Under the pieces are notes generated by a model that was not told the origin of the DNA, ran no database searches, and was given only the letters and a program-made list of their open reading frames with translations. From Candidatus Hydrogenedentota bacterium (GTDB lineage: Bacteria; Hydrogenedentota; Hydrogenedentia; Hydrogenedentales; JAEUWI01), in contig JAXMOL010000035.1 in the NCBI GenBank assembly GCA_034669905.1, positions 1-64,000 of the forward strand: a DNA stretch of 64,000 bases, given 5' to 3'. Shown here in pieces: positions 27,058 through 37,293 of the stretch; the stretch's first letter is position 1; every line of letters begins with the position of its first letter. The position numbers and the translations under genes were made by a program.

Positions 27058-29190
27058 TCAGGCCCCGTTGGTTTTCAGGGTCAGCTGGGAGATGACATTC
27101 TTCATCAGGGCGTCCTTGGTGCGGTAGACGGGTTTGAACTTACGCTCCGAAAAGAGTTCCTCGCCCTGGTCCATATAGTGGGGCGACTTCGGATCGCTGC
27201 TCTGTCCCCAGGGGATGCAGCTATAGGATTCGATGCCGTCTTTGTGCATGAACATGAGCAGCATGGCCATCGAGCCCTTGTGGGCCACATATTCGCCCGA
27301 GCCCTTTTCCGTTTCCTTGACGCCGAGGCTCAGCAAGGTGCGGAGCCGTTCGTCCCCTTCCCCTTCGCCATAGTCCACACCGGAAGTCGGAAAGAGCTGG
27401 TCTCCCCGACCGACCTTCATGATTTCGCCCCAGGCCTTTTCGGTGGTGCCATAGAGGGCGGTCATGGTTTCCCGGGCCTTTTCCAGTGCCTTCACCAGGG
27501 CGAAGTACTCTTCCACCGTGAGGGAAAGGCCCTTGTTAACCTTGGACGGGTCCACGACCTTGAAGGCCTCCAGGCGGAAGTAGCGCATGAGCGTGGCGGC
27601 CGTGCTGTCCTTGTGGTAGCGGCCGTCCCACGCGAGGAGGCGGTCCATGTCGGCCTTGAACGCGGCTTCCTGCAACTGTTGGGTCGCCGGGCCCAGGCAC
27701 ATCTTGCGGAGAGCTTCGAGCCAGTGCGCGGCATAGGGGTCGGTGATGTCGAAGGCCAGGTCGATGGCTTCTTCTTTGGTCAGGCTGTCGTCGGTGGCGA
27801 GTACCTGGAGGGCCCGATCGCCCCGGCTGTTCTTCAGGTCCCACTGCACGTGGTAGATGTAGTCGGGATATTTCTCCGGCTGGAGGGGGGAATCTTCCAT
27901 CATGTAGGCCGGGCTGATATTGCAATTTTGCATGTAGCCCTGGGCCGGATTCTTAATCTGCACGAGGTCTTCGGCCGGGTGGATGCCGAGCCATTTGGTC
28001 TTGGACGTATTCCCGGGAACAGGCGAATTCCAATCCCAACCCTCGGGGCGGATGGGCGTGCGGCCCGTGCGGATGTAGGCAATATTGCCATCCCGGTCGG
28101 CCGACATGAGGTTCTGTTCCATGTACTGGTTCATGGCGAGGGCGTCCATGAGTTCATGAACGTTCTTTGCCTGAAGGGCCTTGTAGCTCTGCTCCAGAAG
28201 GGCCATCTGGTCCAGGTACGGCGTGGCGCCCACCAGGATGGTTTGCTTCTCGAGATCGGGCTGGGAGAAGGCCGGTCCCAGGTGGGTGGTGTAGGTGGGC
28301 ATGGTGATGGGGTCGCCGTCTTTGACCGGGATGCTGACCTGTCCCACCGTGGCGTCCATCCATTCGCCGTCGTATTCATACTGCATGGGGTTGTCGGGAT
28401 TGAGCTTCATGGCGTAGACGTCGGCCGTGTCTGGTCCACCGGTGGTGGGTGCCCAGCCGAAGTGTTTGGTATGGCCGTAGCCCAGCATATAGGTGCCCAC
28501 AAGGAAATAGCCGTGCTGCTCGGTGAGGACATCGCCATAGACGTTGGCCTCATAGAAGACCGACATGCCCTGCCAGGTGAGGTGGGGGTCGGTCAGCAGG
28601 ATGGCACAATTCTCCGCGCTGCGCTGGGGCGATACGGCCCATTCGTTCGAACCCCAGCCCAGGGTATTGCCGTCCTGGCTCATTTCGTCCCGGATGGCGC
28701 CCAGGGGCCAATTGAGGATCATGGCGCGCATGATGGCCAGGGAATGCCAGGGCTTCAGTTCCAGCGCAAAGGGCGAGGTCTTGTTGTGGTCCTTTTCATA
28801 GGCCTGGACCCCCCGGACGAAGCCATCCCCCATTTTCTGGAGGGCTTCCGGCGCGTTGGGCCAATAGGCTTCGGAGCGCGTGGCATTGCCCACCATCTGC
28901 ATGACGTAGTCCGATTGGACGTAGTCTTTGCCCAGCACTTCGGACATGCGGCCGATCGCGGTGCGGACGTTGAGATAGATGTCGTCATGGCGATCTGCCG
29001 CCTGGGCGTAGCCGAGGCCATAGGCCGCATCGGCATCGGTGCCACCGTAGATATAGGGCACGCTGTAGGTGTCCCGGTAGATCTTTACCGAGCCGGGTTG
29101 CTCTTGTCCTTGGGCGACCTCCGGTGCGAGGATGCCCAGCCCCACGACGAGTCCCGCAAGGGTAACTGCGGATATGCCGTGTTTCAACAT
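27058..29190 (-). CDS. Penicillin acylase family Ntn hydrolase (AHL/cephalosporin acylase-like)
   Basis: Signal peptide; RDTYSVPYI, GYAQAADR, nucleophile motif GSNEWAV, DPHL, QNCN and GQSSDPKSPHYMDQ. Confidence 0.9.
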   Translation of the reverse strand: MLKHGISAVTLAGLVVGLGILAPEVAQGQEQPGSVKIYRDTYSVPYIYGGTDADAAYGLGYAQAADRHDDIYLNVRTAIGRMSEVLGKDYVQSDYVMQMVGNATRSEAYWPNAPEALQKMGDGFVRGVQAYEKDHNKTSPFALELKPWHSLAIMRAMILNWPLGAIRDEMSQDGNTLGWGSNEWAVSPQRSAENCAILLTDPHLTWQGMSVFYEANVYGDVLTEQHGYFLVGTYMLGYGHTKHFGWAPTTGGPDTADVYAMKLNPDNPMQYEYDGEWMDATVGQVSIPVKDGDPITMPTYTTHLGPAFSQPDLEKQTILVGATPYLDQMALLEQSYKALQAKNVHELMDALAMNQYMEQNLMSADRDGNIAYIRTGRTPIRPEGWDWNSPVPGNTSKTKWLGIHPAEDLVQIKNPAQGYMQNCNISPAYMMEDSPLQPEKYPDYIYHVQWDLKNSRGDRALQVLATDDSLTKEEAIDLAFDITDPYAAHWLEALRKMCLGPATQQLQEAAFKADMDRLLAWDGRYHKDSTAATLMRYFRLEAFKVVDPSKVNKGLSLTVEEYFALVKALEKARETMTALYGTTEKAWGEIMKVGRGDQLFPTSGVDYGEGEGDERLRTLLSLGVKETEKGSGEYVAHKGSMAMLLMFMHKDGIESYSCIPWGQSSDPKSPHYMDQGEELFSERKFKPVYRTKDALMKNVISQLTLKTNGA

Positions 29191-29247
29191 GATACTTCTC
29201 CTGTTGTTTAGGTGTTGTGTAGCAGGCCTGGTGTGGTGCCTGAGAAT

Positions 29248-29282
29248 TGAAAAGGGAATTTAGAAGTTAGAATAGTGAATTC
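29248..29282. repeat. Degenerate heptamer tandem array (nGAAnnn)x5
   Basis: tgaaaag ggaattt agaagtt agaatag tgaattc. Confidence 0.65.
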
Positions 29283-29534
29283 TCTAGATTGGCCCTTTGG
29301 AATTGGCGAAATCAAGGATTTCCTCAGGGATTGATTCAAGCAGACGGAATAGTAACTCTACGGTGAGGGCGTCGATAGATATCCGATAGAACGCCCCTCC
29401 CGGGAGGGGAATTGCCTGGCCGGTTTGGTGACTAGAGTTCGCGAATTACGTACCCTCAACATTGGTTTACACCATTCGGACTCGCCTGACTGCCCAAGGG
29501 CCGGTGATAGGATTCAAGGGACGTGTCGTGCGGT

Positions 29535-29570
29535 GTCCTTTAGGTCGTTTTCGTCCTTTCGGTCCTTTGG
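29535..29570. repeat. Nonamer tandem array (GTCSTTTnn)x4
   Basis: gtcctttag gtcgttttc gtcctttcg gtcctttgg. Confidence 0.7.
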
Positions 29571-29638
29571 AAATGGTGAACGCGTCGAAGGGGAGCCGCC
29601 TGCCCCCCTATGGCGCGCTGACGGCCCGCCACTATCTA

Positions 29639-30007
29639 TCAGGAATCACCGGCACTGACGGGATACCCCGCTTTTTTCCAGGCACCGAAGCCGCCGGCCA
29701 TGGAAATGACGCGGGTGTAGCCCATGCGCTGAAGTGATTCGGCCGCCAGGGCGGAGCGGGCCCCTCCGCCGCAATAGAGGACGATGGGGGTTTTGGTATC
29801 GGGCACCGCCTCTTCAATGTCGCGTTCCAAGACGCCCCTCCCGATGTGGGTGGCCCCGGTGATGTGGGCCGTCACCCACTCCCGGTCTTCTCGCACGTCA
29901 ATCAGGCGGAACGCATCCCCTGTTTCCAATCGTTGCTTAACTTCGTCGACGTTTTCTTCCTGGACGTGTGCTTTCACGCGGGTTACTAAATCAGCAAATT
30001 GGCTCAT
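29639..30007 (-). CDS. Single-domain rhodanese/sulfurtransferase
   Basis: Start MSQFADL after GGAGG; LIDVRE, active-site YCGGGARS and MAGGFGAW. Confidence 0.9.
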   Translation of the reverse strand: MSQFADLVTRVKAHVQEENVDEVKQRLETGDAFRLIDVREDREWVTAHITGATHIGRGVLERDIEEAVPDTKTPIVLYCGGGARSALAAESLQRMGYTRVISMAGGFGAWKKAGYPVSAGDS

Positions 30008-30258
30008 CGTACATCCTCCAATAACTGGACCGGCTTCGTCGGAAGTCAGTTTCCGATGTCGCGAACGGCATCTTACGTTGCCCCATGATCCTACTCTCCC
30101 CGTGGTACCGGCTTCCACCAGCGCGCCTACTGGACATTTCCGGGGCCGTTGGGGTCCAATAGCCGTTGGTGCCTTACCGGGAGGATGAGGGCACTGGACC
30201 GCCAATAACCGTGAGAAGGAATTCGTTTGTGGAACAGTTTGTCGGGAACGTACGTCGA

Positions 30259-32766
30259 ATGATCGTGTGGAGTGTGGCCCTGCTGGCCGTCCTGTGCAGC
30301 CTGGGGTTCTCCCCCGCTCATGCTGCCATGGAATGGGGGGCGGTGCCGCCCCTGCCCACCCCCAGTTCGGGCCATTTTGTGGGCCAGCATAACGGCGCGC
30401 TCATCGTGGCCGGTGGCTCCAACTTCACCGTGTCTCCTTTCCAGGGGGGCGAAAAAGAATGGCTCGATCGCATTTGGGTCCTAGAGGCCGGTGCCAGCGA
30501 ATGGATTGATGGCGGTACCCTCCCCCACCCCCGGGCCTATGGCGGCACCGTGTCCCGGGATTCCGGTGTGTGGCTTTTGGGGGGCACGGACGGCGTACGC
30601 TGTTTTGATGATGTGCTTGAAGTGCGCTGGGAAAAAGGTGCCATTCAGGTGGTGCCGGTAGCAGGCCCCGCGGGTACCCTTCCGGCCCCTTCGGCTTTTG
30701 GCGGGGCGGCCCAGGTGGGCGCGTATCTCTATGTGGCGGGCGGGCAATCCGATCCCAAGGCCACGGCGGCCCAGGCCGATGTCTGGCAATGGGATACGAA
30801 GTCCCCTGACGCCGGCTGGACAACCCTGCCGACCTTGCCGGGCCCCTCTCGCATGTTGCCCGTGGTGGTAGGGCGCGATGAGGGACTCTATGTCATCAGT
30901 GGCGCGTCCTTGTTTGCAAAAGACGACGGTAGCACGGGGCGGGTCTTTCTAAACGACGCATACCGCTATACCGAAGGCAGCGGCTGGAAAAACCTGACCG
31001 GCCCCCCTGTGCCCGTGTTGGCGGCACCGGCCGTGGCCTGGGGGCAGGCCCATATCCTCGTGGTCAGTGGCGATGACGGCAGTCTCTTCGAGCAGTCTGC
31101 CGAATTGAAAGACGAACATCCCGGATTCCCCGATACGGTGTGGGCCTATCACACGATTACGGACACGTGGGTGGAGCAGGGCACGGCCCCGGCGGCCTAT
31201 GTGACGACCCAGGCCACCGTGTGGAACGGGGCCATGGTCATTCCCGGAGGGGAAGATCGGCCGGGACACCGGGGCACCATGGTCATGTCGGGCAAGCCAA
31301 CCAATGAAAAGAAGGGGTTCAGTCCCCTCGACTACGGCACGATTGCGCTTTATTTTGCCCTGTTGGTGGGTATGGGCGTGTACTTCTCCCGGCGCGAGAC
31401 GGACACGGAAGCCTTCTTCCTGGGCGGGCGCAAGATTCCCTGGTGGGCTGTGGGTATCAGTATCTTCGGTACTTCCCTCAGCTCCATTACCTACGTGGCC
31501 ATACCTGCCAGCGCCTACTCGGGCAACTGGCTGGGCATGTTGAGTAACCTCGGCATCGTCCTTGTTGCTCCCTTCGTGGTCTACTACTTCATCCCCCACT
31601 TCCGCAAAGAATCCATCGCCACGGCCTATGAATACCTGGAGCAGCGCTTCAACGTGGCAGCGCGCATCTATGGCAGTCTGATCTTTATCCTTTTCCAGCT
31701 GGGCCGTATGGCCATTGTCCTCTACATCCCCGCCATTGCCCTGTCGGCCGCCACGGGGATGAACATTCCCCTGTGCATCCTGGCCATGGGTATCCTGGCC
31801 ACGGTCTATACCGTGCTGGGTGGTATCGAGGCGGTGATTTGGACCGACGTGATCCAGGCCTTCGTCCTCCTCTTCGGCGCCCTGTTGGCCCTGTATCTCG
31901 TGGTGACGGGCGTGGAAGGGGGGGCAGGTGCCGTCATCGCGTCGGCGCAGGAATACGACAAATTTCACATGTTTAACTGGTCCTGGGATATCACCACCAA
32001 CGCGGTCTGGGTTTGTGTGGTGGGGCAGTTTTTCACCATGCTCTACCCCTACACGGCGGACCAGACGACGGTGCAGCGCTATCTGAGTACGGCGAATCTT
32101 CGCGATGCGCAGCGCGCCGTATGGACCAACGCCGTCATGACCATTCCGGTCTCGCTCATCTTTTTCGGGCTGGGTACGGCGCTGTGGGCCTTCTTCCAGA
32201 GCCACCCCGGTGATCTGGATCCCAACCTGAAGAACGACGCTATTCTGCCCCTCTTTATCATGGCGGAATTTCCCGTGGGCATGAAGGGCATTATCATCGC
32301 GGGGATTTTCGCCGCCGCCATGTCTTCCCTCGACAGCAGCATGAACAGCCTCGCGTCGGTCCTGATTAACGACTACTACCGGCGCTTCAAGGCCGAAGTG
32401 AATGAGGTGACAGCCTTGCGCCTGGCCCGGGTTATCACCGTTTTGCTGGGCGCCTTCGGCACGGGCGTAGCCCTGTTCCTGGCGACACGGGAGTCCACCT
32501 CGCTCTTCAATACCTACCTCACCTTGCTGGGGCTGGCCGGTGGCGGACTGGCGGGGGTTGTGGCCCTGGGTATGCTGACCAAGCGGGCCCATGGCTGGGG
32601 GGCCATCACGGGTGCGATCGTCAGCAGCGCGTGCGTCTTCCTGGTGTATTACCAGGCCTGGACACACTCGTACATGTTCGGTGCAGTCGGTTTCTTGGTG
32701 GCCTTTGGCGTTGGCTATGGGTTGAGCGTCGTGTTTCCCGCGGCATCGAAGACGGCGGCGGACTGA
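30259..32766 (+). CDS. Kelch-repeat (NanM-like) domain fused to a sodium:solute symporter (SiaT-like)
   Basis: Signal peptide, Kelch repeats (LIVAGGSNF, IPGGEDRPG), then SSS from about 31318 (FFLGGRKIPWW, AVIWTDVIQ, DQTTVQRY, AAMSSLDS). Start codon is uncertain. Confidence 0.88.
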   Translation: MIVWSVALLAVLCSLGFSPAHAAMEWGAVPPLPTPSSGHFVGQHNGALIVAGGSNFTVSPFQGGEKEWLDRIWVLEAGASEWIDGGTLPHPRAYGGTVSRDSGVWLLGGTDGVRCFDDVLEVRWEKGAIQVVPVAGPAGTLPAPSAFGGAAQVGAYLYVAGGQSDPKATAAQADVWQWDTKSPDAGWTTLPTLPGPSRMLPVVVGRDEGLYVISGASLFAKDDGSTGRVFLNDAYRYTEGSGWKNLTGPPVPVLAAPAVAWGQAHILVVSGDDGSLFEQSAELKDEHPGFPDTVWAYHTITDTWVEQGTAPAAYVTTQATVWNGAMVIPGGEDRPGHRGTMVMSGKPTNEKKGFSPLDYGTIALYFALLVGMGVYFSRRETDTEAFFLGGRKIPWWAVGISIFGTSLSSITYVAIPASAYSGNWLGMLSNLGIVLVAPFVVYYFIPHFRKESIATAYEYLEQRFNVAARIYGSLIFILFQLGRMAIVLYIPAIALSAATGMNIPLCILAMGILATVYTVLGGIEAVIWTDVIQAFVLLFGALLALYLVVTGVEGGAGAVIASAQEYDKFHMFNWSWDITTNAVWVCVVGQFFTMLYPYTADQTTVQRYLSTANLRDAQRAVWTNAVMTIPVSLIFFGLGTALWAFFQSHPGDLDPNLKNDAILPLFIMAEFPVGMKGIIIAGIFAAAMSSLDSSMNSLASVLINDYYRRFKAEVNEVTALRLARVITVLLGAFGTGVALFLATRESTSLFNTYLTLLGLAGGGLAGVVALGMLTKRAHGWGAITGAIVSSACVFLVYYQAWTHSYMFGAVGFLVAFGVGYGLSVVFPAASKTAAD

Positions 32767-32789
32767 ACTATGGGGGCGAAGTGAATGGC

Positions 32790-33083
32790 GTTGGCGGTGC
32801 GGTGTGCGTGTCTGGGTTGGGGAGCAAGCTCCCCCGGGGAAAGCAGCAGCAAGCTGCCGCACTCCAGAGGGCGGTGTTGCTTAGTCGGCATGAGAATCAC
32901 GTATTAAATGTTTTCAACAGCCACGAAGTGGCGACAGATTGTAGCCTGGGGTGGAGCGAGGAACGAGCGGAACCCCAGGTCCTGGTCCGTAATCATTTTT
33001 GAACCCCGAAGGGGTGGCACCCGCGTCGCCGTGGGCGATGTTGGCGGTGTGGTGTGCGTGTCTGGGTTGGGGAGCAAGCTCCC
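32790..33083. repeat. Two 44-bp direct repeats enclosing additional REP-like palindromes
   Basis: 32790-32833 and 33040-33083 differ by 1 nt and end in gggagcaagctccc. Internal palindromes at 32843-32860 and 32945-32979. Confidence 0.85.
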
Positions 33084-33216
33084 GCACGATAGAGAGTGGG
33101 CTCTTAATCGTTTGGACCACTCTCCTCTGGGGTACCTTTTCGGGCGTTGAAGTAGAATTGCACTTTCCCGTTTCGAATGGGGTATACTGGGGCGAACCCT
33201 GAAAAAGAAAGAACCT

Positions 33217-34431
33217 ATGAAATTCGAAGAATTTGAAGAACTGGACCCGCGGTGTTTGCGCGTATTGCAGCAAATGGGTATCGAAAACCCCACCCCCGTC
33301 CAGGAGCAAGCATTTCCCATTGCCGTGAAGGGAAAAGACTTGATAGCCACGGCACAGACGGGCACAGGGAAAACCCTGGGTTTTGCCCTTCCCACCCTTT
33401 CGCGTCTGGCAAAGGAAAAAGAGAGCCGCAACCGGATGCTTATTCTGGTGCCCACCCGTGAGTTGGCCGTTCAGGTCGCCTCGGTGGTGTCGGAGCTCTG
33501 CAAGGCCCTCCACATGCGCACGGCCCTGATTTATGGCGGGGTGGGCTTCGGCTCCCAGATATCCTCCCTGAAGAAGGGTTCCGATGTGATTGTGGCCACC
33601 CCCGGTCGTCTCCTGGACCATATGGGCCGGGGCACGGTGCAGTTCAACGAACTGGAAGTGCTCATTTTTGATGAGGCGGACCGGATGCTCGATATGGGCT
33701 TCCTCCCCGATATCAACCGCATTCTGGCCCGGGTGCCCCAAGATCGGCAGACCCTCATGTTTTCCGCCACCTTTGCACCGGAACTGCAGCGCTTGACCCG
33801 GAGCATGATGCGGGATCCCGAGCGTATCGAAGTGGGCGCTATCTCCATGCCCGTCGATGCGGTGCGCCAGCTGGTGGTCCCCGTCCGGCAGGAAGATAAG
33901 TCCCGCATGCTGGTCGAAATCCTCCGGGAAGAAAAGATTGATACGGCCATCGTGTTCCTGCGCACCAAAATTCGCACGGAACGGGTGACGAAATTGTTGA
34001 AGAAAGAGGGCTTTCGGGCTGCAGCGATTCATGGGGATTTGTCCCAGAAGCTGCGTCAACGTTCGTTGGACGGATTTCGGGATGGTCGGTATGACATTCT
34101 GGTGGCGACCGACGTAGCGGCCCGTGGCCTGGATATTGATGACATCAGTCATGTGATCAATTATGACGTGCCCGAGAATGCGGATGACTATGTACACCGG
34201 ATTGGTCGCACGGCCCGTGCGGAGCGTGAAGGGGATGCGATCACCTTCGTAACTCCTACGGACCACACGGCTTTGGGCAGTATAGAGCAGACGATTGGGC
34301 GGAATATTGAGCGCAAGCAGTATGAGGGTGCGCCGAATGTTTTGACCCTGTGGCGTCCTGCCGGTGAGAAGCGCAAAGTTGGCCCGGGCGGCCGGGTGCG
34401 GCGGGCCCGTAGCCTGATGCGGCGCCGGTAA
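33217..34431 (+). CDS. DEAD-box RNA helicase (RhlE-like)
   Basis: AQTGTGKT, PTRELA, TPGRL, DEAD, SAT, ARGLD and HRIGRTAR. Confidence 0.93.
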   Translation: MKFEEFEELDPRCLRVLQQMGIENPTPVQEQAFPIAVKGKDLIATAQTGTGKTLGFALPTLSRLAKEKESRNRMLILVPTRELAVQVASVVSELCKALHMRTALIYGGVGFGSQISSLKKGSDVIVATPGRLLDHMGRGTVQFNELEVLIFDEADRMLDMGFLPDINRILARVPQDRQTLMFSATFAPELQRLTRSMMRDPERIEVGAISMPVDAVRQLVVPVRQEDKSRMLVEILREEKIDTAIVFLRTKIRTERVTKLLKKEGFRAAAIHGDLSQKLRQRSLDGFRDGRYDILVATDVAARGLDIDDISHVINYDVPENADDYVHRIGRTARAEREGDAITFVTPTDHTALGSIEQTIGRNIERKQYEGAPNVLTLWRPAGEKRKVGPGGRVRRARSLMRRR

Positions 34432-34435
34432 ACTG

Positions 34436-34464
34436 TTGACAACTTGCCGTAAAAACGCTATGGT
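34436..34464 (+). promoter_or_regulatory. Putative sigma70 promoter P1 upstream of mreB
   Basis: TTGACA-N17-TATGGT. Confidence 0.55.
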
Positions 34465-34536
34465 GGAACCCGGAGCGTCCAAGCGGGGATTGTCTCAGTA
34501 ACTGTTGGAAGTCGCAATCCATTCTCTCGTTTAGGA

Positions 34537-34565
34537 TTGGATTTGCGGTTTCGTTCTGCTATAAT
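34537..34565 (+). promoter_or_regulatory. Putative sigma70 promoter P2 (extended -10) upstream of mreB
   Basis: TTGGAT-N17-TATAAT with TGn. Confidence 0.6.
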
Positions 34566-34688
34566 GCGCCGGGTGATGCGTGCTCCTCTCTAAGTCCCTC
34601 AATTGTATTGTCTTAGAGATTTTTATATCCCCGTTGGAGTTCCCCGTGGCACCGGCACCTTCGAAGTTGCTTTACGAGAGGGAATGAA

Positions 34689-35717
34689 TTGTTCGGATTC
34701 CTGTCTAAAATTCCAGGCCTGTTCTCCCATGACATGGCCATTGATCTTGGTACCGCAAATACCCTGGTTTACGTTAAAGGCCAGGGCATCGTCTTATGTG
34801 AGCCCTCCGTGGTGGCCATTAACACCAAAACGGGGAAATCCCGTGCGGTGGGTAATGAAGCCAAAAACATGATTGGCCGTACGCCGGGCAACATTGTGGC
34901 GATTCGCCCCATGAAAGACGGTGTGATCGCGGATTTCGAGATCACCCAGGAGATGCTGCGGCATTTCATCCAGAAAGTGCATAACCGCAACCGCCTGGTA
35001 TGGCCCCGCGTGGCCATCAGTGTGCCTTCGGGTATCACCGAAGTGGAGCGGCGTGCGGTGATTGATAGTGCCATGAAGGCCGGTGCGAAAAAGGTCTACA
35101 TCATCGAAGAGCCCATGGCGGCTGCGATTGGTGCCGGCCTGCCCGTCCATGAGCCCCAGGGCTGCATGGTGGTGGACATCGGTGGTGGCACGACCGAGGT
35201 GGCCGTGATTTCGCTGGGCGGCATTGTCTTTGCCAAATCCGTCCGTGTGGCGGGTGACGACATGGACCAGGCCATTATCCAGCACCTGAAACGCACCTAC
35301 AATATGGTGGTGGGTGAGCGGACGGCCGAAGACATCAAGATTGCCATCGGCTCGGCCTTTCCCCTGAAAGACGAGTTGGAAATGCAGGTCAAGGGCCGGG
35401 ATCAGGTCATGGGCTTGCCGAAGATTATTACGATTACATCCGAAGAAATCCGGGAATCCCTCCGGGAACCCGTCAGTGCCATGGTCGATGCCGTGCGCGT
35501 TACGCTGGAGCGTACGCCCCCGGAATTGTCGGCCGATATTGTGGATCGGGGTGTGGTGTTGGCCGGCGGTGGTGCCAACCTGCGCGGACTCGATCAGTTA
35601 CTGGCAAAAGAGACGGGTCTCCACGTGACCGTATCCGAAGATCCCTTGACGGCGGTCGTGTTGGGCACGGGGAAATTCCTGGAAGAACTGAAGAACTATC
35701 CCGACGAAGAAATGTAA
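34689..35717 (+). CDS. mreB: Rod shape-determining protein MreB
   Basis: TTG start; [28 protein letters not shown] and ERTPPEL. Confidence 0.97.
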   Translation: MFGFLSKIPGLFSHDMAIDLGTANTLVYVKGQGIVLCEPSVVAINTKTGKSRAVGNEAKNMIGRTPGNIVAIRPMKDGVIADFEITQEMLRHFIQKVHNRNRLVWPRVAISVPSGITEVERRAVIDSAMKAGAKKVYIIEEPMAAAIGAGLPVHEPQGCMVVDIGGGTTEVAVISLGGIVFAKSVRVAGDDMDQAIIQHLKRTYNMVVGERTAEDIKIAIGSAFPLKDELEMQVKGRDQVMGLPKIITITSEEIRESLREPVSAMVDAVRVTLERTPPELSADIVDRGVVLAGGGANLRGLDQLLAKETGLHVTVSEDPLTAVVLGTGKFLEELKNYPDEEM

Positions 35718-35786
35718 ACGCACCGCACGGATTCCCTTGCAGCAGGTGCACCCCGTCGGTAACCGGTTCTGAGCAGAGGCGCTGGC

Positions 35787-36728
35787 TTGGCTATTACCCG
35801 AATCATGGCAGAACACCGCGCCGAGGTAATTCTGGGGACCTTGTCGTTTCTGTCCCTGGTCTCGCTGTTGAGTGGCACGTCCGCCACCTTCATTCAGCGG
35901 GGCCTGACCCGCGTGGTCAGTATCTCCAGTTATCCCTTCCTGGCGGCCCGCACGAGCCTGGAAGAAGGCGTGGGCTATACCTTCGACTTTGTGGGGCGCT
36001 ATGACGACCTGCGCGAAGAGGCCGAAGAAAATAAGTTGCTGCGCAGCCGCCTTCAGACCATCCTTGCCCGGGAAGAAGAGCTGGCGGCCGAAAACCGGCG
36101 GCTCCGTGACGTCCTCGATTTTGCCCGCGCCGAAGCCCGCCTGACCCAGACCCCGGTGCGGATCATCGAAAACCTTCGGGGCATGCTCACCATTGACCGG
36201 GGCCGCATCCACGGCATCGAAGCCCGGATGGCCGTCATCACCGAGCAGGGCGTGGTCGGCATCGTGACCGAGGTCCACGATATTACCGCGAGTGTCGCGA
36301 CCCTCCATCACCGCGATTGCCGCATTGCGGCCATGGTCCATCGAAACCGCATCCGCGCCTACGACGGGGTGGTCAAGGCCAACGGCACCGACTACAACTA
36401 CATTTGTTCCATGGATTTTATCGACATGAAAAACGACGTCCGTCCCGGCGATATCGTGGTCACGAGCCCGGAGAGCGATTTTCCCGCCGGGTTGCCGGTG
36501 GGCACGGTGAGCGTGGTGCACGAGACGGCGGGTGCCCTGTGGCGCTGGGCCGAAATTGAGCCCGCGGTGGATCCTTACGTGCTGGACGAGGCCATGGTGG
36601 TGACCCGCTATGTGCCCGAATCCACTTTCCTGGCGGGGGGCGTGCACCGGGACACCTACCGGGAGGCGACCTCCCTGGCCCCCACCATGCCCGACGAACG
36701 TCCGATTCAGGAGCGATTGGCCCCATGA
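35787..36728 (+). CDS. mreC: Rod shape-determining protein MreC
   Basis: N-terminal TM, coiled coil ENRRLRDVL, TIDRG and GDIVVTS...FPAGLPVG; operon position. Start may be 35805. Confidence 0.9.
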   Translation: MAITRIMAEHRAEVILGTLSFLSLVSLLSGTSATFIQRGLTRVVSISSYPFLAARTSLEEGVGYTFDFVGRYDDLREEAEENKLLRSRLQTILAREEELAAENRRLRDVLDFARAEARLTQTPVRIIENLRGMLTIDRGRIHGIEARMAVITEQGVVGIVTEVHDITASVATLHHRDCRIAAMVHRNRIRAYDGVVKANGTDYNYICSMDFIDMKNDVRPGDIVVTSPESDFPAGLPVGTVSVVHETAGALWRWAEIEPAVDPYVLDEAMVVTRYVPESTFLAGGVHRDTYREATSLAPTMPDERPIQERLAP

Positions 36729-36786
36729 TTTTCCCCATGCTACCGCACGTGCCGCATTACCACGCCAGGGGCCGGGGCACCGTGTC

Positions 36787-37293
36787 ATGTTAAGAAACAT
36801 TGCGTGGGTGGTGGTGGTGGTCTGTGCGGCCCTGGTGCAGACAACGTGGCCGGATTTCCTGAAGATACAGGGCGTGACCCCCGAATTGGTGCTCATGTTG
36901 GTGGTCTATTTTGCCATCGCGGCCGGAGAAGAGCGGGCCATGTTTACCGGGGCGCTGGGTGGCATTTATCAAGATGTGGCGAGTAAGGCCGCGTTGGGGC
37001 ATAATATATTGTGCCTCGTAATCGTGGGCTATGCCGTAGGTCGCATTTCGACCCGGCTGGTCACCGATCACCCGGCGGTAAAGGCCGGCCTGGTCTTATT
37101 GGCGGGCGTGGCCCAGGGGGTGCTCCACACCCTCATCGATTACGTGCAGTATCCAGATACACCGGTAATAACGACCATTGTCAGTGTGGTGGTCCCGGCT
37201 GCTTTCTACACGGCCGTGATTACCCCCTTTGTGTTCGTCGCCCTCGATTGGGTTTTCGGTGAGCGCAAACTACCCCAGGGGAGCGTGACGTGA
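36787..37293 (+). CDS. mreD: Rod shape-determining protein MreD
   Basis: Start MLRNIAW; hydrophobic, with PEL...GIYQD...LG; lies between mreC and mrdA. Confidence 0.88.
   Translation: MLRNIAWVVVVVCAALVQTTWPDFLKIQGVTPELVLMLVVYFAIAAGEERAMFTGALGGIYQDVASKAALGHNILCLVIVGYAVGRISTRLVTDHPAVKAGLVLLAGVAQGVLHTLIDYVQYPDTPVITTIVSVVVPAAFYTAVITPFVFVALDWVFGERKLPQGSVT

Noticed and set aside
32790..33083. Possible mini-CRISPR array
   Set aside because: Only two repeats, a 206-bp palindrome-rich interval and no cas genes.
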